A DNA stretch of 64,000 nucleotides from an uncultured delta proteobacterium (GCA_963803435.1 CAWDML010000001.1:2656001-2720000); one strand, 5' to 3'; positions 41,580 through 52,651 are shown, numbered from the stretch's first letter. A program made the numbers and translations. The notes: generated by a model from the letters alone, not told the origin.

Positions 41580-43032
41580 GTGCACCAGGCGAGGCCGCTT
41601 CGCCAGCAGCTCTTCGCGCTCCTGGTGGTGCCTGCGTTCCTCGTGGTCGCAGCGGTCGCCTATCTCGCGGATCAAGCCGCGAAGGAGTCGCTCGAGTCGG
41701 CGCTGGCGGATCGGCTGACCGCGATCGCCCAGTCGAGCGCGCTCCTGGTCGGCTATCACGTCACGCTGCTCGAGCCCGGTGACGACGGCGCCCGGCTGGC
41801 GCAGAACGCCCGCGCGAAGCTGGCCGAGCTGAAAGCGACCACCAAGGTCGCCCGCATCCTGGTGCTGACCCGGGCCAACGAGGCGCTGATCGACAGCGAC
41901 GGTGAGCTCGAGATCGGCGATCCATACCTGCGGGCCCGCTTCGACGTGCCCGAGCTGGAGAAGGTGATCGCCGGCCGCGCGACGGCCTCGGTCCTGTTCC
42001 AGGGCAAGGACGGTCGACCGTACAAGACGGGCTACGCGCCGCTCCTGGACGAGCAGAGCCACGTGGTCGGCTACGTCGCGGTGCAGGCCGCCGCGGACTA
42101 CACGGACGCGCTCGAGGATCTCAGGGCCGCCGTCGGGGGGATCGCGGTGTTCGGGCTACTGCTCCTGATCGTCGCCTCGATCATCAGCGCAAGGCGGGTT
42201 GCGGTCCCTCTCTCGAACCTCTCCGACGCGGCCGAGCGGATCGGCCAGGGGCGGCTCGACACCGAGATCCCGTCCGAAGGGCCTCGCGAAGCGGTGGTGC
42301 TGGCCCAGACGATGCGCTCGATGACGGCCTCGCTCCGGGCGCGCGACGAGGAGATGCAGATGATGCTGGCCGGGATCGCGCACGAGGTCCGGAATCCGCT
42401 GGGCGGGATCGAGCTCTTCGGGGGCCTCCTGCGGGAGGATCTCGGACTCGGACGATCCGCGGCGGAAGCATGTCGAGAAGATCCTTCGCGAGCTGGGCGT
42501 GCTGGCGCGGGTGGTCAACGACTTCCTCGACTTCGCGCGCAAGCGACCGCACGAGCCCGTCGAGACCGACGTTTACGAGCTCCTCTTCGAGGCGGTGTCG
42601 CTGGCGGAGAAGGACGCTTCCGACAAGGAGGTCCGGCTCGAGCTCGAGGCACCGAAGGCGCTGCGCTTCCCCGTCGACGCCGAGTCGCTGAAGCGCGCCC
42701 TGCTGAACCTGCTCAAGAACGCGATCCAGGCGGTGCCGAAGGGCGGACGGGTCCGGCTCTCCGCGCTCGCCGACGGCGACCTCGAGATCCGCGTCAGCGA
42801 CGACGGGCCCGGTGTCCCGGAGGAGAAGCGGGAGGAGATCTTCGCGCCCTTCTTCACCACCAAGCAGAAAGGAACCGGCCTCGGCCTGGCCCTGGTGCGG
42901 AAGACCATCCTTGCCCACGGCGGCGACATTCGAGTGGAAGCGTCCGACAACGGCGGCGCCTGCTTCGTCCTCCGCTTGCCGCACTTTCCGGAGTCACGTA
43001 GTGGAGGAGAGTCATGGCGAACATCCTCGTGA
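41580..43032 (+). CDS. HAMP sensor histidine kinase; frameshift near 42445
   Basis: Two TMs; AHEVRNPL; NLLKNAIQA, DDGPG, FFTTK..GTGLGL. Confidence 0.9.
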
Positions 43033-44429
43033 TCGATGACAACGACACGCTGCGTGAGGGCGTCGTGGTGGTCTGTCAGCGCCTGCGGCACGACGTCCAG
43101 GAGGCCTCCTCGGGAGTGGCCGGGATGAAGATGCTCGACGCGCACAAGTTCGACCTGGTCCTCACCGACCTGAAGATGGACGAGCTCGACGGGATCGGCG
43201 TCCTCAAGGGCGTCAAGGACAGGTCGCCCGAGACGGTCGTCATGATCATCACCGCCTACGCGTCGATCGAGACCGCGGTCGAAGCCATCAAGCTGGGCGC
43301 GTTCGACTACATCGAGAAGCCGTTCTCACCGGACACGCTGCGGATCAAGGTCGAGCGCGCCCTCGAGTTCTCGCGGATGCAGGCCAGCAACGAGCGTCTG
43401 GCCGAGACCAACGAGGTGCTGCGCGGGCGCCGTGACGGGCCGCCGGAGGGGATCATCGCCGAGAGCAGCTCGATGAAGCGCATCCTCCAGATGGTCGACA
43501 AGGTCGCGGGCAGCAACACCAACGTGCACATCTACGGCGAGTCCGGCACCGGCAAGGAGGTGATCGCGAGCGCCATCCACGAGCGGTCGGATCGCGCGGG
43601 TGGTCCGCTGATCAAGGTCAACTGCGGCGCGATCCCCGAGACGCTGATCGAGAGCGAGCTGTTCGGTCACGAGAGAGGCGCATTCACCGGCGCGATCAAG
43701 AAGAAGCTGGGGCGCTTCGAGCTCGCGGACGGCGGCACGATCTTCCTCGACGAGATCGGCGAGCTCCCGCCGGCGATGCAGGTGAAGCTGCTGAGGGTGC
43801 TCCAGGAGAAGGAGATCGATCGCGTCGGCGGCGAACGGCCGACCAAGGTCGACGTACGCGTCGTCTCCGCGACCAACCGAGATCTCCAGCACGAGGTCGA
43901 AGGCGGGCGCTTTCGAGAGGATCTCTTCTACCGGCTCCACGTCGTTCCGATCACGCTCCCTCCGCTCCGCGAGCGCACCGACGACATCATCCCGCTGGGC
44001 CGCTTCTTCCTGAAGAAGCTGAAGCACCGCACAAACTCGGAGGTCACGGGGCTGTCGCGCGACGCCGAGCAACACCTCCTCAGCTACCACTACCCGGGCA
44101 ACGTTCGAGAGCTCGAGAACATCATCGAGCAGGCGATGGTGTTCGCGAGCCCGCCGGAGATCCAGGTCGACGATCTCCCGCCCCAGGTCTCGGGCGCGAA
44201 GCCGAAGGAGAACACGTTCCAGATCCCCGCAGGCGACATCGGGCTGAACGAGTTTCTCGAGAACGCCGAGCGCCAGATGATCCTCCGGGCCTACGCGCGC
44301 GCGAACGGCGTGAAGACCGAGTGCGCCAAGCTCCTCAAGATCAAGACGAGCGCGCTGTACTACAAGCTCGAGAAGTACGGGGTGGGGACGGTCGCCGGGC
44401 GCAACCTGGACGATGAGCCCAAGGACTGA
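43014..44429 (+). CDS. NtrC-family sigma-54 response regulator
   Basis: Receiver domain, [15 protein letters not shown]-terminal HTH. Confidence 0.96.
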   Translation: MANILVIDDNDTLREGVVVVCQRLRHDVQEASSGVAGMKMLDAHKFDLVLTDLKMDELDGIGVLKGVKDRSPETVVMIITAYASIETAVEAIKLGAFDYIEKPFSPDTLRIKVERALEFSRMQASNERLAETNEVLRGRRDGPPEGIIAESSSMKRILQMVDKVAGSNTNVHIYGESGTGKEVIASAIHERSDRAGGPLIKVNCGAIPETLIESELFGHERGAFTGAIKKKLGRFELADGGTIFLDEIGELPPAMQVKLLRVLQEKEIDRVGGERPTKVDVRVVSATNRDLQHEVEGGRFREDLFYRLHVVPITLPPLRERTDDIIPLGRFFLKKLKHRTNSEVTGLSRDAEQHLLSYHYPGNVRELENIIEQAMVFASPPEIQVDDLPPQVSGAKPKENTFQIPAGDIGLNEFLENAERQMILRAYARANGVKTECAKLLKIKTSALYYKLEKYGVGTVAGRNLDDEPKD

Positions 44430-44522
44430 GAATGGTTCGGGTTTCTGTGTCGCACGCGAGACGATCTCTCAAAGTTTTGAGGATCGCGGGCCTGAAAGAG
44501 GCCTGATCATGCCGGCGGCACC

Positions 44523-44539
44523 CGGGAACGCGGCTTGCT
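44523..44539 (+). promoter_or_regulatory. Putative sigma-54 -24/-12 promoter
   Basis: CGGGAACGCGGCTTGCT vs YTGGCACGNNNNTTGCW (2 mismatches); upstream imperfect palindrome CTCAAAGTTTTGAG near 44468-44481. Confidence 0.55.
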
Positions 44540-44556
44540 TCCTCGGGGAGTGGCCC

Positions 44557-45750
44557 ATGCGGCTCGGTGTCTCCATCCTCGTTGCGCTCCTCGCGATCCC
44601 CGTCGCCGGCCGCGTCGCGCACGCCGAGCCTGTCCGGGTTTCCACCATCAAGGGCCAGGTGAGCGCCGCCGTCGGCGAGCTCAAGGCGGCCCGCATGAAG
44701 GAGCGGACGACCCGCGAGGCGCAAGCCCTCCTCGCCCACCGCATCGCCGCGCTCAAGCGGCTCGACAAGCCCCGCACCGACAACGCGCTCCTGGAGCGGC
44801 TGCTCCGCGAGTCGGTCGACGCGGACGAGGCCCTGGCCGCCCAGATCGAGGACGTCCGGCGCTGGCAGCAGGCGGTCCTGCAGGCGGTCCGCGAGGCCTT
44901 CGAGCAAATCGACGCCCGCCTCCGGGTGCTGGCCCCCAAGCTCTCCGAGAAGAACCCGCTGGCCGTACGCCAGGCAGCGGCGAGAGAGATCAGCGAGCTG
45001 CGAGCGGTCCGCAATCAGCTCCGCGAGGAGTTGGTGAGCGCGAAGAACGACGAGCCGCATCGCGAGTGGGCCGCTCACGTCGTGACAATCGATCCGCTGG
45101 ACGGCCCGAGCGAGCTCGCCGACAAGGGCGATGTCCTGGAGCTGACGCGGAAGAAGATCGAGGCCAAGAAGCAGAGGCTGACCCAGCTGATCCGCGAGAA
45201 GAAGATCGCTCAGGCGGCCCGCGACTTCAGCACCGACGCCTCCGCGCTCGACGACGATCTCCGCAGCGGTCGCGTGTCGCGGCGGCCAGGCACGCTCAGC
45301 CTCGCCAACGAGGGCGGCGCCGACCATGCGCCCGCGCCTCCGGAGTCGCCCGCCGACGTCACCCAGGGCAGCCGCGACACGGACCCGGCGGCCTTCGACG
45401 AGGCCGATAACCTCGGCGCCAGCGCGCCCCCGCCGGACGTGGACCCCAGCCGGCAGGGCGGCCTCGAGACTGGGCAGCCCCAGGCCTCGATCCCCGGCGC
45501 GAAGACGTCGGTCCCAGTGACGCCGCCGAGCGCTGCGATCGGCGGTCCGGTCGCGAAGCAGATCGATCCGAACCTGCTGATCAACCTGCGGGTGGACGAG
45601 CTCGACGCCGACGCGGTCGACCTCGCGACACTCCAGAAGCTGGTGGCGGAGCTCGAGAGCCTCCAGTCGGCGCTCGGACAGCAAGCGAAGAAGATCCACG
45701 CACGCGCGAAGCAGCTCGAGAAGGACGAAGCCCGCGCCCAAACCAAGTAG
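44557..45750 (+). CDS. Exported coiled-coil hypothetical protein
   Basis: GGGGAG RBS; signal peptide ending VAHA; long helices, IDPLDGP motif, Pro-rich linker. Confidence 0.7.
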   Translation: MRLGVSILVALLAIPVAGRVAHAEPVRVSTIKGQVSAAVGELKAARMKERTTREAQALLAHRIAALKRLDKPRTDNALLERLLRESVDADEALAAQIEDVRRWQQAVLQAVREAFEQIDARLRVLAPKLSEKNPLAVRQAAAREISELRAVRNQLREELVSAKNDEPHREWAAHVVTIDPLDGPSELADKGDVLELTRKKIEAKKQRLTQLIREKKIAQAARDFSTDASALDDDLRSGRVSRRPGTLSLANEGGADHAPAPPESPADVTQGSRDTDPAAFDEADNLGASAPPPDVDPSRQGGLETGQPQASIPGAKTSVPVTPPSAAIGGPVAKQIDPNLLINLRVDELDADAVDLATLQKLVAELESLQSALGQQAKKIHARAKQLEKDEARAQTK

Positions 45751-45775
45751 CTCGATGGTATGGTGAGGCGGGCGC

Positions 45776-46921
45776 ATGCTCGTCATCCCCTTGCTGCTCG
45801 CCGCGATCGGGCCGGACCCCTCCGTCCGATATGAAGCCCTCGAGAGCGAGGACACCACCAGCGACTGGAAGTTCTCCTTCCGTCTCTCGGCCGGGGGCGA
45901 GTGGGACACCAACGCCAAGCGCGCAATCAAGGGGACCTCGGGGAGCGACGTGGTCGGCGATGGGTTGATCCGCCTCCTGGTGGATACCGACGTCCGCTTC
46001 GATCCGGCCCCTGGGCACCAGATCTCCGCCGGTTACTTGCTCGGCGCCAAGCGCTTCTTCGGACAGGGCGGCGAGGACCTCCTGGTCCACAACCTCTTCC
46101 TCTCCACGGCACACACCCTGACCCCATGGCTGGTCGTGACGCTCGCCGGGGCGGCGAAGATGAGCCGCATCCGCAGCAGAACACGCGACTACAACCTGGC
46201 CTATGGTGAGGCGGCGGTGCTGGTCAGGCCGCTCTCGCTGCTCGAGCTCGAGGGGCACGGCGGGCTCACGCTCTTCACGTTTCCGGCCGAGTCGAACTAC
46301 GACTACCTGGGCCCGCGCGCGGGCGCCGCGGTCCACGTTCGTCCGGTCCGCGGCCTCACGCTCACCGGCGGCTTCGACTGGGTCTGGCGCCGCTACGACG
46401 GCAACGCGCTGGTGATCGGAACGGCGCTCGACGAGAACGGCGTACCCGTCAACCGTCTCACGTTCTGTACCCCGGAGGACCAGGCGTCCGGGATCAGCTG
46501 CACCGCCCGCGGCGACCGCCGCGACACCGAGGCGCAGATCTCCATCAACGCGGTCTACCGCGGCACGTTCGTGGTGGGAGGTGGATATCTGCTGCGGCTG
46601 CAGCGGTCGAACTCGGATCTCGAGCAGGTCGATCGGCACCGTGTCTCCGCATTCGCGACCGTCGGCCTCCCCTTCGACTTCATGGTCAACCTGGTCGCGG
46701 CGCTGCAGATCAACAACGGCGTCTCCATCACCGACACCAAGTTCCTCGCCGAGGACGACGAGAACCAGAACAGCCTCCAGGCCGGGATCGGCTATCGCAT
46801 CACCGAGGATCTGGTGGCCGAGGTCAGATACGCGCTGTTCGCCAACCAATTCGCGACGAACGATGTCAGCTTCCTGCGCCAGACCGTCTACCTCGGGCTC
46901 GGATATCGGGCCGGGCAGTGA
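45776..46921 (+). CDS. Outer-membrane beta-barrel protein
   Basis: Alternating beta-strand pattern; EWDTNA; terminal YLGLGYR. Confidence 0.7.
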   Translation: MLVIPLLLAAIGPDPSVRYEALESEDTTSDWKFSFRLSAGGEWDTNAKRAIKGTSGSDVVGDGLIRLLVDTDVRFDPAPGHQISAGYLLGAKRFFGQGGEDLLVHNLFLSTAHTLTPWLVVTLAGAAKMSRIRSRTRDYNLAYGEAAVLVRPLSLLELEGHGGLTLFTFPAESNYDYLGPRAGAAVHVRPVRGLTLTGGFDWVWRRYDGNALVIGTALDENGVPVNRLTFCTPEDQASGISCTARGDRRDTEAQISINAVYRGTFVVGGGYLLRLQRSNSDLEQVDRHRVSAFATVGLPFDFMVNLVAALQINNGVSITDTKFLAEDDENQNSLQAGIGYRITEDLVAEVRYALFANQFATNDVSFLRQTVYLGLGYRAGQ

Positions 46922-46935
46922 TAGTCTCGTCGGGG

Positions 46936-47316
46936 ATGGAACGGGAAAAGCGGAGAGCAGAGCGCCATAAGGTCCGTTTCAAGCTCGTCTACGACGACGG
47001 CAACACGTTCAACGCAGGGAGCGTTCGAGATGTCTCGGAGACCGGCCTCTTCCTCGAGACCGCGTTGCCGCTGGCGATCGGGACCCGCGTGATGATGACA
47101 CCGCTCGACTCGGACGAGCTCTTCGAGGCGCCCGGCCGGGTCGTCCGGGTGGTGGAGTACGACGGCGCGAACCCCGGCGGCATGGGCATCGAGCTCATCG
47201 ACGTCGACGAGGACGAGCGCCGGAACATCGTGGCCATGATCCTGCGACTCGAGACGAAGACCGAGACCGGCACCGTGGATCCATTCCTCGGCGTGAAGAT
47301 CCAGCAGCACGAATGA
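46936..47316 (+). CDS. PilZ domain protein (c-di-GMP motifs intact)
   Basis: RRAER (RxxxR) and DVSETG (DxSxxG); GMGIE. Confidence 0.88.
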   Translation: MEREKRRAERHKVRFKLVYDDGNTFNAGSVRDVSETGLFLETALPLAIGTRVMMTPLDSDELFEAPGRVVRVVEYDGANPGGMGIELIDVDEDERRNIVAMILRLETKTETGTVDPFLGVKIQQHE

Positions 47317-48701
47317 TCCGAAGAGCATGGCTCCTATCGTGCGTGGCACTCGCCGCGAGCGCTGTGGCTCACGCCGACGACACCCACTATCAGGACTATC
47401 CGCTCGGCGGACGCGCCGTCGGGCTGGGCGGCGCCTACGCCGCGATCGCCGACGACCCCAGCGGGATCTTCTTCAACCCGGCCGGCATCGTGAATGCGCG
47501 CCGCGGATCGGTGCAGATCTCGACGAACCTCTACGGGCTCGAGATCGACGACAGCTTCTTCTCCGCCTTCGAGCACCTGAGCGATTTCAACAACGTCGCC
47601 ACCGAGCTCAACGTCATCCCCACCTCCGCCAGCTTCACCTCGGTGATCGAGGAGGACAAGAAGGGCCGCCCCATCACGGCTTACGGGTTCGGCTCCTTCG
47701 TCCCCTCGTACCGCAGCTTCAACTCGCGCTCGCTGACCGAGCTGCCCTCCGACCAGGACCTCTCCGGGTGCCACAGCCTGGCGTACAGCCGCAATCTGGT
47801 CGATCGCACGTTCCTCTTCGGCGGCGCCATGGCGCACCGGATGAGCGACGTCTGGAGCTTCGGCGTGAGCGGGTTCCTCTCCTACCGAACGCTCAACGAT
47901 CAAGAGGAGACGTCGTGCTTCACGGAGACCGACGGCGGTACGGTCTTCGCCAGCGGTGAGACCAACCTGCGTCTGGCGGTGGCCGCGCTCCTGATCTCGC
48001 TCGGCATCCAGGCCGAGCTCGGAAACGGCTTCACTCTGGGCGCCACCGTCACCTCACCCACCATCCGGGCCTTCGACTTCGCGGACGTCACGCTCCGACA
48101 GACCTCCGCCGATCCGAACACCGGAGCCTCGAGCTTCGACCTCGACGAGCTCCGCGATCTCCGGGCCAACACCCGTCTCGGGACGGCCTTCCGGATCGGG
48201 GGCGCCTACGTGGTGCCGCGGAAGGTCACGCTGGCCGCCGACCTGACCCTGAACACGGCCGCGCGCTACTCGCTGTTTCAGGTCCCGCGCTCCGACCGGA
48301 AGGTGCTCGACGCCCTCACCATCGTGTCCGACGTGGAGCGCCGCTTCACCGCCAACTTCAACCTGGGTGTGGAGTGGTTGGTCATCGACCCCTTCTCGAT
48401 CGCCGCCGGCTTCTTCACGAACTTCAGCTCGGCACCGGCAATCCCGGGCGCGCCCGGCGACACCTTCGTGAGCGACCGCCTCCCGCACCTCGACACTTTC
48501 GGCGGTGCGCTGGTGCTCGGCTTCTTCGGGGGATCCTTCACGCTCACGCGCATCGGCTTGACCATGTCCTATGGACAAGGCACGGACGTCGTCCCGCGCT
48601 TCGCGGGTCTGGGGGCACTCGGGCGTCGCACGGAGTTCGTCAAGGCCGACGTCAGCCAGCTCTTCGCGTTCTTGTTCGTGAGCTCGACGTTCCGCTACTG
48701 A
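47313..48701 (+). CDS. FadL/OmpP1-like outer-membrane transporter
   Basis: GGRAVGLGGAYAAIADDPSGIFFNPAG; terminal aromatic residue. Confidence 0.8.
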   Translation: MIRRAWLLSCVALAASAVAHADDTHYQDYPLGGRAVGLGGAYAAIADDPSGIFFNPAGIVNARRGSVQISTNLYGLEIDDSFFSAFEHLSDFNNVATELNVIPTSASFTSVIEEDKKGRPITAYGFGSFVPSYRSFNSRSLTELPSDQDLSGCHSLAYSRNLVDRTFLFGGAMAHRMSDVWSFGVSGFLSYRTLNDQEETSCFTETDGGTVFASGETNLRLAVAALLISLGIQAELGNGFTLGATVTSPTIRAFDFADVTLRQTSADPNTGASSFDLDELRDLRANTRLGTAFRIGGAYVVPRKVTLAADLTLNTAARYSLFQVPRSDRKVLDALTIVSDVERRFTANFNLGVEWLVIDPFSIAAGFFTNFSSAPAIPGAPGDTFVSDRLPHLDTFGGALVLGFFGGSFTLTRIGLTMSYGQGTDVVPRFAGLGALGRRTEFVKADVSQLFAFLFVSSTFRY

Positions 48702-49159
48702 CCCTTGAAGCTCGCGACGATCTGGTCGAACTCGACCTTCGCCTCCTTGAGGACAGCCGGCGCGTCGAGAACCGTCAGCAGCACCGAGCGCACGTAGCCG
48801 TCGCCAAAGCTCAACAGTGCCAGGGTCATCACCGGCATCTCGTCGAAGACGTGACGGAACTCGGCGGTCTTGGCCGGCTGGCCGTCCAGCGTCATGTCCT
48901 TGACGGAGACGACCTTGGCGCGGGCGCGATCCTTCACGTCGTTGAGGCCGCGAGACAGCGCCTCTGAAGGAACGGCGTCAGCGTCGACCTTTGTGAAGTT
49001 GAACCCGAGCGTGCGCCGGTATTTGGGCGTCTTCGTCTTGGCGACGGTCGGCCCTGCGCTCATCGACGGCATGGTGTCCTCTTTACCGAGACAGAGGAAC
49101 GCGGTCGGGCCGTAGCCGGCCGGGATCTCAATCTTGGCGACGCCCAGCTCGACCTTCAT
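48695..49159 (-). CDS. DcrB/DUF1795 (PsbP-fold)-like cytoplasmic protein
   Basis: IEIPAGY...TLDGQPA...FDQIVASFK; no signal peptide; ATGA-coupled to the upstream paralog. Confidence 0.5.
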   Translation of the reverse strand: MKVELGVAKIEIPAGYGPTAFLCLGKEDTMPSMSAGPTVAKTKTPKYRRTLGFNFTKVDADAVPSEALSRGLNDVKDRARAKVVSVKDMTLDGQPAKTAEFRHVFDEMPVMTLALLSFGDGYVRSVLLTVLDAPAVLKEAKVEFDQIVASFKGQ

Positions 49160-49611
49160 GCCTCGACCTTTCGCGGGAAACCACTCAGCAGCGAGCGGGC
49201 AAAGGCGAGGACGTCGCCGCGGATCGCCTCGAAGCGATCGCTCCGCTGCGTTGCCGTGAGCGTGTAGAGATCCCCGTCGAGGAGCAGATAGAAGACAGCC
49301 TGGCGCACGCCGCCGACCGAGGCGTCGGGGTACGTCCACTCGACGAGCTCCACCTTGGTTCCGTCGAGCTCGACCTCGCCCTGCTCGAGCACCCGCATCC
49401 CGGGGAGAGAGCGCCGGACGCTGGAGACGTCCGCGTCACGAACCGCGGCGGGCACGCTGCCCGAGCGCACGTCGGTCCGGAGCTGCACGACCATCGTGCC
49501 CGCGAACGGGATCCGATCCTCGCTGAGATCTGCGCCCTCGAAGTGGATGGTGAATTGGGTCGGCTTCCAGCAATCCGGAATCCTCAGCGTCGCCCCTGCG
49601 TCCTTCGTCAT
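49156..49611 (-). CDS. DcrB/DUF1795 (PsbP-fold)-like cytoplasmic protein
   Basis: LRIPDCW...LPGMRVL...ELDG...VRQ....LYTLTAT; GAGG RBS; no signal peptide. Confidence 0.6.
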   Translation of the reverse strand: MTKDAGATLRIPDCWKPTQFTIHFEGADLSEDRIPFAGTMVVQLRTDVRSGSVPAAVRDADVSSVRRSLPGMRVLEQGEVELDGTKVELVEWTYPDASVGGVRQAVFYLLLDGDLYTLTATQRSDRFEAIRGDVLAFARSLLSGFPRKVEA

Positions 49612-49644
49612 GGCCTCGCTTCTCCTCTCTACTCAGGACCGGCG

Positions 49645-52551
49645 TCAAGCGACGGCGCCCAGCGTGTCCAATTTGGGAAATCCGTCCGGCGAGACGTGGA
49701 TCGCATAGGCGTCGCCGGCGCGGCTGTGAACCACGAACCGGTAGTCCTCACCGCCGCCTCCCCCGAGCAGCTCGACGCGCTTGACCTCGACGCCTGCGAT
49801 GGCCTTCTCGACCGCGGCGGCGGCGAAGTCCTTCAACACGCCCGTCCCCAGGTCGAGATTCTTCACGCTGCCGAGATCGACGAGGCCGTACGGATCGACC
49901 TCGATCTCGAGTCGGCCCCGCTCACCCTTCTTGCCTCCGCCGATCTCGCCGGTGACCACGAAGTGCGTCCCCTTGATCTCTGCGGTCCCGTGGAACTTCG
50001 GTGCCTCCTCGCCCGGGTCGGCGTTGCCGATCAAGGGGTGCACTCGGCGCCAGAGCACATCGAGCATCTCTTGCGCGATCGCGACCGCACGCTTCTCGTC
50101 GACCGGCCAGTGCTCGCGAAGCTCGGTGTCGAGGCGGGTCTCGTGCTCCTGGTAGCTCTCGTAGATCTTGACCAGGTCCGACAGGTTGGTCGGCTCCCAG
50201 CGCTCGGCGAGGACGTGCGCCGCGAAGGTCTCGATCTCGTCGAGCGAGTGGCTCTTCACCACCCGCTTGCCGATGATCGGGATACCGGCGGCGATCATCT
50301 GCCACGTCTTGAGCTGGCTGCGATCGAAGTCGTCGCCGAGCTCCTTGACCGCCTTGGCGAGCTGCACGAACTCGTCGTTCCGGAGGCGGCTGTTCTTCCA
50401 CGCGGACACGAAGTCCGGGAACGACATGCCGGCACCGCCGTCGAGGAGCTGCTTGATCGCACGCAGGAGCTTGATCCGCGCGTTCACCCAGCGCGCCCGC
50501 GGATCCGCCACGAAGTCGTCGACCGAGGCCTGACGCAGGATGTCGGTCTGCACGGTGCGCTGAATATCCGCGCTGAAGAGGTGGCTCCATGCGGTCCGGA
50601 AGCCCTCGGCGGCCTTCTTGGGATCGCCCGTGCCCAGCGCTTCCAAGCGATCCGCAAACGCGGTCAACGCGTCGTACACCGGCTTCTGGAACGCCTGGTA
50701 GTCGGCCAGATCCTTCTCGCCGAGGAGCGGCATGATGGCCTCGAGCCCCTCCACCACCTTCCGGATCACGCCGGCTTCCTGCGCACAGAGGGCCTTGAGC
50801 TCGGCGGGGCTCGCCTCGAGGAACTTCTTCGGATCGGCGTACCAATCGAGCAGGACCTCGTACTCGGTGGCGTTCGGGCGCCCCCGCACGTACTCGATGC
50901 CTTTGGTAGCCCGCATCTCGAGCGCCTTCTGCTCGGCCTTGTTGCCGAGATAGGCGCCCAGCAAGCGCGGACCGAAGCCTGCCACGAAGCCAAACGGGAA
51001 GAACGCAAGGTCCGTCAGGAGGATCACCGCGCTCAGGCCGCCGACGCCGAGTCCCTGGGCGAGCGGGCCCTTGAGGAGCTTTCCGAAGGTCTCCAGCCAC
51101 TTGGCGTGGTCATCGAAGCCGAGGGATCCGATGTCGTGGACCAGCGCGCGCGCGTCGAGCTTCTGCTGGCCGGGGAGGAGCGGGTGGTCGAGGTTCGGCC
51201 AGAGGTCCTTGAGGTCGATCGCGCCGGCAAACGCCAGCCGGGCCACGCCCATCAGCTCGGGCAGGCTCGGCTCCTTGCCGACCATGACCTTGAGCGCGTC
51301 GATGGAGGCCTGATCGAGGCGCGGCGCATCGCGCGTGTCGAGGTAGCGCTCGATCCCCAGCTCCGCCTCGATGCAATCGATGGAGTGCGAGAGCGGCGCG
51401 TTCACGAGCGAGAGCGTCTCGTGCACGTTGATCGCCACGAGCCTGTTGATGGACTTCCGAAGCTGATCCTCGGAGAGCACTCGGTCCGGGCGGATCCCGA
51501 CGGCAACGTCTTTGAGCTGCTTCGGATCGACGGCGGCCAAGAGGGCCGCGCGCGCCTGTGCGAGCGGTTCGCCGACCTCCTTCTTGACGACCACGGGATC
51601 GAGCGTTGCACCTCCACTCTGCTCGGTGAGCGCGTCGAGCTGCGCCTTTGCCGCCTCGGCCGCCCTCAGGTAGGCGTCGAAGTGCGCGGTCAGCCCAGAG
51701 GCGTCCGGTCCGTGCATCTGCAGCAGCGCGCCGAACAACGCCACGTCCCCTTCGAGCCGGCGCGCGAGCTCATCCGGCTCGGGTACCGGCTTGGCGGCGC
51801 GCTCGTGCAGTCGGAGCAGCTCGTTCGCGACGTTGGGATCCTCGAGGAAGTTGACGCCGTAGGTGCCCTTTCGCTCCGAGATCGCTTTCTTCTGGAGATG
51901 CTCGCCGACGGTGAAGCCACCCGACATCGCGGTGATGAGCGCGATCGAGAGCGCGTCACCCGTGATCAAGCCGTACCCGCCGAGGGCGGCGGCGCCCATC
52001 ACCGGGGTATAGGGCGCGTACATCTTGAGCGCGAGGCGGGCCAGATCGGCGGAGCTGACGGAGTTTTCTTCGAGCTTCCAGTCGAGCGCGCGAGCGTCGC
52101 GGTACGTCTCGCGCTGCGGGGGCGTCATCAGAGGCTCCAGCATCCGGAGCATGTGCGCTTCCTCTTTACAGAGCCGATCGCCGGTGAGCGCGAGGAAAGT
52201 CTGGAGCTCGCGCGTCTCGAGGGTGTGCTGCGGCGCTTCGCCCCCTGCGATCCGGCGGAGGTCGTCCCCATACTTGAGGATGACGTCCTGGAAGTAGGCG
52301 GCCTGGATGGGGTCGCGCAGGGTCAGATGATCCAGGTGCAGCTGGCCCGCCAGGGCGCCGACCGCGGGATCGCTCGCCAGTCGATCGGCGGAGCCCACCT
52401 GCTGCTCGAGCTGCCGGTCCTGCTTCTGGAACGCCTTTTTGCTGTCCGCCTCGGGCGCGACCTCGGCGATGTCCGCGATCGTTCGCAGCTCCCCGTACTT
52501 GTGAAGCAGGAGCGGCGCGACAGCCTTGCGGTCCCCGGTTTCAAACCCCAT
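49645..52551 (-). CDS. Large helical hypothetical protein (968 aa) with two hydrophobic hairpins
   Basis: ATG at 52551 after AGGAGGG; coherent protein-like composition; Gly-rich hydrophobic pairs VMGAAALGG...GFTVG and GLGVGGLSA...LLGAYLG. Confidence 0.75.
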   Translation of the reverse strand: MGFETGDRKAVAPLLLHKYGELRTIADIAEVAPEADSKKAFQKQDRQLEQQVGSADRLASDPAVGALAGQLHLDHLTLRDPIQAAYFQDVILKYGDDLRRIAGGEAPQHTLETRELQTFLALTGDRLCKEEAHMLRMLEPLMTPPQRETYRDARALDWKLEENSVSSADLARLALKMYAPYTPVMGAAALGGYGLITGDALSIALITAMSGGFTVGEHLQKKAISERKGTYGVNFLEDPNVANELLRLHERAAKPVPEPDELARRLEGDVALFGALLQMHGPDASGLTAHFDAYLRAAEAAKAQLDALTEQSGGATLDPVVVKKEVGEPLAQARAALLAAVDPKQLKDVAVGIRPDRVLSEDQLRKSINRLVAINVHETLSLVNAPLSHSIDCIEAELGIERYLDTRDAPRLDQASIDALKVMVGKEPSLPELMGVARLAFAGAIDLKDLWPNLDHPLLPGQQKLDARALVHDIGSLGFDDHAKWLETFGKLLKGPLAQGLGVGGLSAVILLTDLAFFPFGFVAGFGPRLLGAYLGNKAEQKALEMRATKGIEYVRGRPNATEYEVLLDWYADPKKFLEASPAELKALCAQEAGVIRKVVEGLEAIMPLLGEKDLADYQAFQKPVYDALTAFADRLEALGTGDPKKAAEGFRTAWSHLFSADIQRTVQTDILRQASVDDFVADPRARWVNARIKLLRAIKQLLDGGAGMSFPDFVSAWKNSRLRNDEFVQLAKAVKELGDDFDRSQLKTWQMIAAGIPIIGKRVVKSHSLDEIETFAAHVLAERWEPTNLSDLVKIYESYQEHETRLDTELREHWPVDEKRAVAIAQEMLDVLWRRVHPLIGNADPGEEAPKFHGTAEIKGTHFVVTGEIGGGKKGERGRLEIEVDPYGLVDLGSVKNLDLGTGVLKDFAAAAVEKAIAGVEVKRVELLGGGGGEDYRFVVHSRAGDAYAIHVSPDGFPKLDTLGAVA

Positions 52552-52651
52552 GCACCCTCCTACGCTCGAAATGAGAGCGTTCAGCCTACTTTTCGTGAGA
52601 GGGTCCCGCAAGCGGAGAGCGGCAGGAATCGATTCCGTGCGGTGTGGACAG

